This document shows positions 11,686-22,219 of a DNA stretch of 51,929 bases, one piece after another. Origin of the DNA: Psammoneis japonica (lineage: Eukaryota); the NCBI GenBank assembly GCA_008632985.1, contig QPGO01000341.1, positions 1 to 51,929 on the forward strand, in the 5' to 3' direction. The notes beneath the pieces were generated by a model. That model worked only from the letters and a program-made list of their open reading frames with translations. It made no database searches and had not been told where the DNA came from. Within the stretch, counting starts at the first letter, position 1. Every line of letters begins with the position of its first letter. A program made the position numbers and the translations under genes.

Positions 11686-13356
11686 ACACCCGTTTTAATT
11701 CAGTACGAGACGATTCTTCAAACTGGGATGCTCGACCCTACTCAGGAGCGATAATGACGCGCAGCCAAGTTGCGCGTCGCTTTTCCGTTCTGGTGGGTAC
11801 TTCAACTCTTTTTGTTGTTACGCAACACGGCCGGCAGTCATCATCCAATCCATCCATCAAATAATCAAACTCGAGAGGTATCATCTTGTCTACGAAACTT
11901 GCCCCACACTGCACTCCACACTGAACTGTGCTCGAAAGCGTTTCGTTGTTTGGGATGCTCAATAAGCCCTTGTACAGGTACCGGTACATTGTATGGTGAA
12001 TGTTCCCGTTGCTCAAGTACTCTTTTGTGTGCTTTCAAAACTGGCGGTATGGTCAAGTCGATTCGACCATACGTACATTGAAGAATTTCCGACTTTCGAA
12101 CTAACGAGAATAATTGGTGCTGTGATCGACGATGCGGTGGTTGATGGTTGATGAGGATGTCAACAGCGACAAACACACAACATCATCATAGGTCTATTCT
12201 TGGATGATGAATGATGATGCATGGATCGATTTCTGGGCGAACATTCGGTCGGCCACGCGCGCACCGCGCGCGCAGTTTGCTCGAAATTCGTGGCTACGAA
12301 AAACCTACGTTGATTTTACTACCACGAGATTCTCGCCAGAGCGAGAAATCCGTTGGGCCGTCCGCGACTTGGCTCACAATTTCCAAATTCAGCCGTTTTG
12401 TTGCTGGTCGATTGTTTTTCTTTGTTGGCTTCCAAGCGGTGAGTGTTGGTCTTGTGCAGTTCCGTTCTGATTGTTGTTACGTTCGATTTCCTTGTCATGC
12501 GTCCCATGTGTCACTTCTGTTTGCAGCAACGTTGAGAGACGCTCTGGCAGGTGTCAAATGACAAATCAAAGCTCGGATTTACCGGCAGTGTCGAGTTTGA
12601 AATCGACTTGAAAAACCGTTGTCCTTTCCATCTGGCGAGAGGCAAGAATTTCTTTGTGTCGCTGTTGCATTTGTCCATTCTCCTCTTTGTGGAAGTCTCC
12701 CTGTCTCTGTCTCTCTCTGACAAACATGCTTTGTTTTCGTCTTTCCCGCAAGTGAAGCTCGGAGGTTGTCTCGCAGGCCATTTGAATCAAGCATGGCGAT
12801 GTTCACGGCACCGTCGTCATCGGATGAGGACTCACCATGGGAGGATTCACCATCAACAAATGCCCTCTGTGAAGAGCGCACTCGGGATTCGCACAATGGA
12901 AAGTCCAAACGGAGGAAGGGCAAACGAGACAATGACCAGAGTTGGGATAAAAGGCGGAAGCTGTCTGTTGAAGCGAAGCCATCAAATGAAAAGACACTGT
13001 CTCCCTGGCGCCATTTTGCCAACAACATTCCTTTGCCCGACTCGATGTTGTCCCACACTCAAGACCGTCAAAGCCATGCTGCTGCCACAAATGGGACAAG
13101 CGAATCGCATGCTGTCAAGCGAATGCCATCTTCACGTGCAGCGTCGGTAAAACGAACGAGTGAGTTTGCCGATGGAAAGCCACAAGTTTTGAACAGAAGC
13201 GCTAAAGCTGGCGGCTTCCCAGAAGAATCTTCCGTGAAGAAGCGCCAACGAGGTCCAGGTGAGATCGTGACTCGCTTTGTTTGTTTCCTGCATGATGATG
13301 GTTGTCGTCATGAAACTCACTCTTGTCAATTTCATCTCATTTGTTGAATGTGGGCA

Positions 13357-13791
13357 NNNNNNNNNNNNNNNNNNNNNNNNNNNNNNNNNNNNNNNNNNNN
13401 NNNNNNNNNNNNNNNNNNNNNNNNNNNNNNNNNNNNNNNNNNNNNNNNNNNNNNNNNNNNNNNNNNNNNNNNNNNNNNNNNNNNNNNNNNNNNNNNNNNN
13501 NNNNNNNNNNNNNNNNNNNNNNNNNNNNNNNNNNNNNNNNNNNNNNNNNNNNNNNNNNNNNNNNNNNNNNNNNNNNNNNNNNNNNNNNNNNNNNNNNNNN
13601 NNNNNNNNNNNNNNNNNNNNNNNNNNNNNNNNNNNNNNNNNNNNNNNNNNNNNNNNNNNNNNNNNNNNNNNNNNNNNNNNNNNNNNNNNNNNNNNNNNNN
13701 NNNNNNNNNNNNNNNNNNNNNNNNNNNNNNNNNNNNNNNNNNNNNNNNNNNNNNNNNNNNNNNNNNNNNNNNNNNNNNNNNNNNNNNNNNN
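13357..13791. other. Assembly gap (N run)
   Basis: 435 consecutive N. Confidence 1.
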
Positions 13792-14070
13792 GGATCACTT
13801 CCGATGGTCGCCGTGAATGCCAAGACCCCGACTTAGCCATGAGAACAATCAAAGCTGTTGGTGCTCGCAAGAAGACAACCATGTCTTTTGGTTCGACACT
13901 GACTGACACTGGATCTCAAAAACTCAGCAGTGGCGCTCATTTGAAACGGTCTGGCACCCTGTCACCACAAGCAACTGCTGCCCGTGATGCGGGCTGTCGA
14001 GGATTGCGTCAGAACACAGCTTCTGAGAAAACAAGTGAGCTTCGCGCTGCTGCTGCTGCTGCTGCTGCCA

Positions 14071-17000
14071 CAGCTGGTGCAGCAAAGCCGCCGATTCCCA
14101 CAGGACAGGAAGCTGTTGCTCCAAACGAGAAGGGGGTCCTTTGCGATGGTGCGAATCGTCCGCGTGTCCACTGCGCTCGTTCCGGCAACCCCGTCGCCGC
14201 TGCTGTGAGCACTTCTGCCGCAAGCAAGCCTGAGTCTAGAGTGCAAATAAAAGCCAGAGTCAAGAAGAAGAAACCACATTGTGCACTCAATCCCCTTCCG
14301 AGCATTCCTGAAGAGTGCGATGCAATTGATGGTGCGACTGCCAAATCCAGTCGTCATCAGAGTGGTTGTTGTGAGCAAAAGAACGGTGCAGCCAATGAAG
14401 CCATCGCAGTGGCTGCCAAAGATGCAAATGGAACCTTGGAAACGGGCAACTTGAAGGGAAAACCTTTCGTGGGAAACCGAAACCGAGGTCAAGGTAAGAC
14501 AACGACTCGCATTTCTTTTTGTCCAGTCGATCATGACTGTTCACGACAGCATTCTCATCGCCTTCATGTCAATTGTTGAGTTTAGTCGCAGTCACCAAAT
14601 CTTCGCGTGACAAGATGGGAACAGTTGGGATTTCTGATGGCGAAAAGGAAGTGGAGCGATGCAATGTGCACAAGAGCAAGGGCCGTCGGAAGAACGCAGA
14701 ACGCCCCAAAACAATCAGCGCTGACTCAACACCTGCTCAGCTCGGCAAGGTCCCTCTTTCGAGTGCTCTCGCGAGCAAAGAGAACACAGGTCCGAACGGG
14801 ACTGACCAAACCAAGACGTCTGTGAGCAATTGTGAATTCAAAATGAGTCGTTCGCAAAGAAATGCGGTTCCAGCTCCTCCACTTGTCCCAACCGGTAAAG
14901 CTGCAGCTCCCAAGAAACAGAGAACTTTACAATGTGGTGGTGAACGGTGCGGTCGTTCCGAGAACAAGAACACTGCCACCCATGAAGATGCATCATTTGT
15001 GGCAGCCCAAGCCTCGCCTTCAGTTGAAAATAGAACTCCTGAAATGGCCGGTTTGTCGAAAGGACACACCTTGAACATCACAGGCAAGAAAATGGCTCGG
15101 TTTGTTTCACTGTGCCTCGTTCTTGATGAGGAATTTATTCTCACCACTTCCACATCTCGTTCGTTGCATGTAGACGCCGATGGCGGAGCGTGCGTGACAA
15201 ACTCCGGGCATGATGTTAACGTGGACGCACCCGCTGTTACGAGTCAACTTGGGAAGATCCAAGCCAGGACGCCTGACACAAGTGTGAAATCGGGATCAAC
15301 TGAGCACACGAGGAAACAAACGGGTGCTTCTCCGGACGCATCCGTTTCCACCATGGATTTGGAAATGCCGAATTTCAAGCTTAGAGATGGTTGTCACAAG
15401 ACCACAATGAAATTTGATGAACTGGATTCATTCCCCATGCAAGAGCCTGGCAAGGAAGCAAACGAAGAAGACGTCGATGAAGAAAATGAATCTGATGCCT
15501 CGAGTGCCTTTTCTTTAGGATCTCCGCCTGTTGTTGTCACTGGCACTGCGGTCAATGCTTCATTTAGCGCTCTCGTCGCTTCGTCTGAAGAATCAAGCCG
15601 CAACCGAATCCCAGCTGGTGCAGTGAAGCCACCAATTCCCACAGGACAGGAAGCTGTTACTCCAAGCAAGAAGGGGATTCTTTGCGATGGTGCGAATCTT
15701 CCGCGTGTCCACTGCGCTCGTTCCGGCAACCCCGTCGCCGCTGCTGTGAGCACTTCTGCCGCAAGCAAGCCTGAGTCTAGAGTGCAAATAAAAGCCAGAG
15801 TCAAGAAGAAGAAACCACATTGTGCACTCAATCCCCTTCCGAGTGTTCCTGAAGAGTGCGATGTAATTGATGGTGCGACTGCCAAATCCAGTCGTTGTCA
15901 GAGTGGTTGTTGCGAGAAAAAGAACGGCACAGCCAATGAAGCCATCGCAGTGGCTGCCAAAGATGCAAATGGAACCTTGGAAACGGGCGACTTGAAGGGA
16001 AAACCTTTCGTGGGAAACCGAAACCGAGGTCAAGGCAAGACAACGACTCGCATTTCTTTTAGTCTGGTCGATCATGACTGTTCACGACCGTGTTCTCATC
16101 GCCTTCATGTCAATTGTTGAGTTCAGTCGCAGTCACCGAATCTTCGCGTGACAAGATGGGAATGGTTGGGATTGCTGATGGCGAAAAGGAAGTGGAGCGA
16201 GGCAATGTGCACAAGAGCAAGGGCCGTCGAAGGAACGCAGAACGCCCTGAAACAATCTGCGCTGACTCAACACCTGACCAGCTTGGCAAGGTCCCTCTCT
16301 CGAGTGCTCTCGCGAGCAAAGAGAACATGAGTCCGAACGGGACTGACCAAACCAAGACGTCTGTGAGCAATTGTGAATTCAAAATGAGTCGTTCGCAAAG
16401 AAATGCGGTTCCAGCTCCTCCACTTGTCCCAACCGGTAAAGCTGCAGCTCCCAAGAAACAGAGAACTTTACAATGTGGTGGTGAACGGTGCGGTCGTTCC
16501 GAGAACGAGAACACTGCCACCAATGAAGATGCATCATTTGTGGCAGCCCAAGCCTCGCCTTCAGTTGAAAATGGAACTCCTGAAATGGCCGGTTTGTCGA
16601 AAGGATACACCTTGAACATCACAGGCAAGAAAATGGTTCGGTTTGTTTCGCTGTGCCTCGTTCTTGACGAGGAATTTATTCTTGCCACTTCCACATCTCG
16701 TTCGTTGCGTGTGGACGCCGATGGCGGAGCGTGCGTGACGAACTCCGGGCGCAATGTTAACGTGGACGCACCCGCTGTTACGAGTCAACTTGGGAAGATC
16801 CAAGCCAGGACGCCTGACATAAATTTGAAATCGGGATCAACTGAGCACACGAGGAAACAAACGGGCACTTCTCCGGACGCATCCGTTTCTACCATGGATT
16901 TGGAAATGCCGAATTTCAAGCTTAGAGATGGTTGTCACAAGACCACAATGAAATTTGATGAACTGGATTCATTCCCCATGCAAGAGCCTGGCAAGGAAGC

Positions 17001-17152
17001 AAACGAAGAAGACGTCGATGAAGAAAATGAATCTGATGCCTCGAGTGCCTTTTCTGTAGGATCTCCGCCTGTTGTTGTCACTGGCACTGCGGTCAATGCT
17101 TCATTTAGCGCTCCCGTCGCTTCGTCTGAAGAATCAAGCCGCAACCGAATCC
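14071..17152 (+). repeat. Tandem duplication, two 1541-bp units (14071-15611, 15612-17152)
   Basis: Constant 1541-nt offset (e.g. ORFs at 14862 and 16403), with CAG microhomology at the junction. Confidence 0.97.
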
Positions 17153-18844
17153 CAGGTGAGAATGTGACTCGCTTTTTCTTGCTGATGTGATTTCATTGTT
17201 GTTGACACTACCTCTTGCCGGCATCATTTCATTTCATCGAACACAGACACAGAAAACAGATCTTCTGATGAGTGTGAGAGGCAGTTTGATGTTTGCGACT
17301 CTGTTGAAGAAGAGGAAGAAGAAGCCAAGGCACCCACTCTTCCCACGACAGCCGGTGACCGTGAAGCTGGTGGGTGGCGTTGCTTTCCCATTCAAGGAGC
17401 GTCCGATGGGCGAGGCCTGGTTTCGAATGCAACCGCTGATGCGACTGAGACCAATGGGTCAACGGATCCAGCAAGCAAATCCACTGCCACTTGCTCGAAT
17501 CAATCAGTTTCTAACATGTCATCTGGTTTGCTGAACAGAGACAATGGATCGTCTGGCCATGGTGAAACGCAGCTTGTTCTTCATGACTCTGACGAAGAAG
17601 AGGAAGCAGATGAAGCCAAAACACCCACACTTTTCATGACGGCCAGTGGCTGTGAAGTTGCCAGAGACTTGGGTGGCTCTATTATTGAGGGAGCGTCCGA
17701 TGCCACGACTGAAGATGCCGAAGAAGCTGTGAGTGAAAGCAACAATTTGGATAGGATAGATTTAGGGGCTCCACCTGCTGCTACGACCGGGAACTCCGAG
17801 CCAGCTGACAACAGGACCAGCGAATCGTCGAGACTAGTACGCCATGTCAAGAGATGCAAAAGTGGTGCAGGCGCCAGGGTAATGACCCTAGCCGAGGCTT
17901 CAAAAGCCGGATTAAGCTTCGCTAAAGGGCTTGTACCGGTAGGCTATTGCATTCCGGACACGCTTCATCTTATTTTCCGTAACATGGTTCGTGACAAAAA
18001 CGTGAGAAGGGAACTTAAGATGTCCAAACCGGCGATTCGAAAGGGAATTAGGCAACTGGGTAGCGTCCGAGAAATACGTCCCTTTTTGTGCGAGCAAAGG
18101 ATTTGAGGCGCAACTGTTGTGCCGTGAAGAATATCAGAGTAAAGTGGCGTTGCTTCTGAAAGAAGAAGGCGTATATCTTGTCATCGTGGATTGCATAGAC
18201 AGATTCCTTGGCGTGACGGCCAAGCATGCAGTGGCATATTTTGCGAAGCAAGGTATCCTCGTAGACACTGAGCCTTGCCCGCGCTTTGTCGAGCTTGACG
18301 TAAAGGATCGCAAGACGCTTAAGGGCCGAAAGAGAATGTCCACCAAGATAGCAAAGAGCATCTTTAAGCGATTATTTTGCGGCGAAGAAAACACAATATT
18401 TGAAGCATACCAGATTTCAAGGAAAGTGGATCCGACCGGATTTGAACTCTTGGATGAACTGGAAGAAAAGGAAAAGCAGACCTACTAGAGAGCAAGACGC
18501 GTAAGAAACGGGTAATTAGGTTCGATAATTAACTGTATAGCGCAATGACGCCATTTTGTAAACCACTGCATAAATTTGTAACGAGAGACTAAAGTTGGTA
18601 GCGCCACCGTCTGTTTAGGTATTCTTGTGCAAGCATTCCAGAGACGCGGTGACAGCCCAAGTTCGGACCATGGAAAGAGTTCAGCATGAAATTCGACAAG
18701 GAGTTCATAAGAATGACCTAAATGATGTCAACGAGCCGTTGATCCACAGTCACGTCTTCTGTAGTTCACCAAAGGGCGGATGCGGTGTCAGGGTCATACC
18801 AAAAACAATGTTGTCTATCACTGGGCAAAAACTCTATGCGAACT

Positions 18845-21322
18845 GAAGGTGAAGGTCAGCCCACGCGGTTGAGTGGCCATTGTCGACGACGTGCCCGTTG
18901 TCAACGGCAAGGTGCGCCATGTTGATGAAAGCACGACCAATTTCTTCAAGGTGGTTTGGTATAACGGGTTTCCAAAAGCATCGCTTAACAATTGTGGTGA
19001 ATGCGCCGTGGTTGACGAGGAAAACTGCTTATGCAATACTCAAGTCGAAGAAACCATGGTGTTAATGTGAATTCAATTCTCTCAGCTTTGAGTGTTGGGG
19101 CGCTTGACCCAAGTTCCTTCGATAGCGGTACGTATGCCTCAACGAGACTTAATGATTCCATCACTGTACACAAAAGGTATTCAAGGATGGGGGGCGATAA
19201 AATATTCGAAGTCGAGGACTCGACCGGCCGCACTCATTTTTTGAAGAATGTCAGATCAATTGTGAAGGTCCAAGGCAGGTTTTCATTTAGAAACCCCGTT
19301 CACTTTATGAGTCTCGTACCTTCAGAAACCAACGTTCAGGATGTCATGTACGAAGTGGACGAGTTGCTTAAGCACTTGCTGTGCCATCCAAATACTCCCC
19401 GTTCCTGGTCACATTGCTTATTCAGTGATTTGGTATCTCGAATCCTAGTCCGCGATATGTTGCTGAGTGCTCGGCAGCCTTTCGGACCGGGGTTTACAAG
19501 TATACCGAGCTTTCGTTCGGTAAAGCAGAGTACGGGGACCTATTTGCGACATCTGTGTGCATTCAACTTGACAGAGAAGCTTGATCAGCTATTCTCGACT
19601 CAGATCCGTCCCACGGATCCATCAGAGAGCCTCTCCTAAGGGTGTTTACCCAGCATGATGCGGAGCATGGATTTCCAATCAAAATCTCGCGATGGCGTTC
19701 CGGCTCTTCAGGTTATTTTTATGCACATGAACATTTTTAGCTTCTTTCGCAGGTAATTTATGGACACGTGCAGAGGGCAAACGCAACGTTACAATCATTC
19801 CTCATGAAAAATGATGTTGGCTTGATTTCTCTATCAGCAAGTTCGCACCTGAAGGGCCGGTATCGAGCGCATCACTTGTAGCTGCAGAAGCTCAGCTCCC
19901 AGACGTACGTACTCGCACCCTTCTTTCCCTTGCTGCTTTTGTTTCATTTCTTTTGCTCAGCATTTTGTTTCAAATTCTTGTTTCCATGGAGAAGATGGCA
20001 AAGAATATTAACCTCGTGAATGGTTTGCACTCCCTCGTCAAGTACGGGCTATCATCGTGTGCTTATTTCTTTGGCTTTGATTCACAAGAATTCAGAGAGA
20101 GGATTTGCACGAATGACGGCAACTTTGCCGACTCCACCGGTGTGTTAAAATATAAACAGAGGGGAACAACGCACAGAGCGTCATAAATGAGCTTGCTACC
20201 TTGCTCACATCCGGCCGCTTAGAGCCCAAAACCGAAACGTCATCGCCAAGGCTTACAAAGACGCCCTCTGTCAAGCAGACGCAGGTACTGTACCGCCTTG
20301 CACGTGGGTGGACAAGTGGCTGTTGAAAAGGATGAATACAGGGCAGTTGTGGTGCTCATATTAGACGGATGATGCGATTCTTTCAACATGCTCGTCCCAC
20401 ACAATCGCCGAGTGCAGAATGGGGCTGACGCATATTCGCGATATGCAATAGCAAGAGACTCAGTACGCTTGCCGCGGAAGAGACTCCTTTCAATATCGGC
20501 AGGTAACCAAGCTGGATGCAACACCTTTGGACTGCACGAAAAGATACCCAACTTGCAGAAGCTTCGCAAAGATAGAGACTTGGTTTTCTTTGCCAACGCG
20601 GGGGTTCTTGGAAAGTCCACAAGGAAGGAAACGCATGAAGCAGACACGCCGACACAACTCTTTGCCCATGATACATCGACGTTCGGTCGGAGCAGGAATT
20701 CTTGGAAGACTCGCAAACGCCTTGGCTGTCGGTAAGGCCTAGCATCCTTGTCAATTGATACAGTTCAATTGTTTTGGACGGCAAGCAGGGAGTGTCCGAT
20801 CCGCCGACATCATTGAGCAACACCGGAGTCAATCGGTTCGTGCCAATTGGTTCCGCCACCATGGCAAAGGCCGAAATGGAGCGAGCCATGGGTTATCTCA
20901 ACAACGCCACAAAACCAGACAGCAGCTTTATGGCCAGCACTTGGTCAACCTTGTTGCTCCAATCCCTCTGCCAGAATGAAGATTTGCACCAAGTTCTAAA
21001 ATCAACCTGCGTGACCCAGGATTTTGGTGAAACCGACTTGGGGAAAAAGTTCGAGATCAAAGTAAGTGGAAGGAATGCGGATGTCTTTTATCTGGAACAT
21101 GGCACCTGGGACCACCATGCGGGGTTAGGGGAAGGCCTCGCAAACAACTTTTCCGAGCTTATCGATGCGATTGGATCTTTCGTTGCCGAGTTCAAAAGTC
21201 AAGGAAATTACGACAGTGCCATTATAGTTCTGGCATCCGATTTTGGAAGAACTTTGAGCGCAAACTCGGGAGGTGGAGCTGACCATGAATGGGGCGGAAA
21301 TTACTTTATGCTCGGAGGCGGT
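18845..21322 (+). pseudogene. DUF1800-DUF1501 fusion gene (diatom-type), decayed and 3'-truncated
   Basis: 'FSFRNPVHFMSL', 'HPNTP', 'FGISNPSPRYV', 'HGSIREPLLRV', 'LATLLTSGRL', 'DSFNMLVPH', 'FGLH', 'WDHH', 'SDFGRTLSANSGGGADHEWGGNYFMLGGG'; multiple stops, frameshifts and deletions. Confidence 0.85.
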
Positions 21323-21725
21323 ATGGACTTGGTTCGTCCGATGTACCGTGTCATCCAACGGTTTGTTGTTCGTCTTCGGGGGAAGGATGATGCTGCTACC
21401 CCGCTCTCTATCTATTGTTCGGCGGGCAGCCATGTGGTCCTGATCACCTCTGAAGAAATTGAGGACTGTGTGCGGGATATCGCCGCGTATCTGTATAAAC
21501 TTGATCCCATCAAGGATGCAGACGCGATCAACCGCTGGTCGTCCCACTCTCTTCGGGTTCGTGCTGGTGCATTGCTGCACCAGATGAATTTTGGTGCGGA
21601 GTCCATTCAATGGCTCTTGCGATGGAGGTCTATGGCCTTTTTGGTATACTTGCGCAACAGCACCTTGTTGTCGGATCGACAATGCAGGGCTCTTGATCGC
21701 ACCCTTGGCATGCCTCACCTTTTCA
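21323..21725 (+). mobile_element. C-terminal half of a tyrosine recombinase (DIRS/Ngaro- or Crypton-like remnant)
   Basis: 'WSSHSLRVRAGALL...IQWLLRWRSMAFLVYLRN' matches the HxLR...RW.S.....Y catalytic signature of TE tyrosine recombinases. Confidence 0.8.
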
Positions 21726-22219
21726 AAATTTTTAATTTTCAAATTTTCAATTATTCCCTTTTCTCTACATTTTCGAATATCTTTATTCGACCGTTCGGTT
21801 ATCTAAAATATTTTATTATATATAAGATAAATGCAATCTGGTCTCGAGTGTGTTGTTTTTCTTACACGGCATGTATGTTGCTCTTTGCATCGATGTTCAC
21901 ACTTGGCACACACCAAGCCAAAAAGGTCTCCCCCATTGCCCCCGTTTTTGAATTCTAGGGGATTCCCCAGTGTGTTAAAAAAATCTCCTTCCCAAAACCC
22001 CAAGCTTGCTTTTCATGCAGCATGTTTACGTTTCCCTGCTTCGGAGCCACACAATCTGTCCGTCAACCCTCCCGAGAGTGATGGCTTGTGGCTTAAACCC
22101 CCCTTTTGTCTTTTTCTTTTTTCTGGCTGGCTGCATTGCCCCCCAATGAAATGGGCGTGCACACTGCACTTTGTGTCGGCAGCAGCATGGTCTGTTCACA
22201 CAGTGCAGGGGGGGCTGAC

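Larger units (their letters stand above)
12793..18488 (+). pseudogene. Large multi-exon low-complexity gene with an internal tandem duplication and a globular C-terminal domain; splice sites damaged
   Basis: Chain of + ORFs from 12766 to 18488 separated by intron-like segments starting at 13259, 14494, 15084, 16035, 16625 and 17156. Several donors read GCAAG and some acceptors TGG. There is a 1-nt frameshift near 18088. Confidence 0.6.

Noticed and set aside
11680..11710. TA-CAGTA start resembling a Tc1/mariner TIR at the helicase breakpoint
   Set aside because: No matching inverted partner found in the window.
11738..12176. Overlapping minus-strand ORFs
   Set aside because: No identifiable domain; may be a gene fragment but cannot be supported.
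13277..13909. Long ORFs spanning poly-X
   Set aside because: Artefacts of the N gap.
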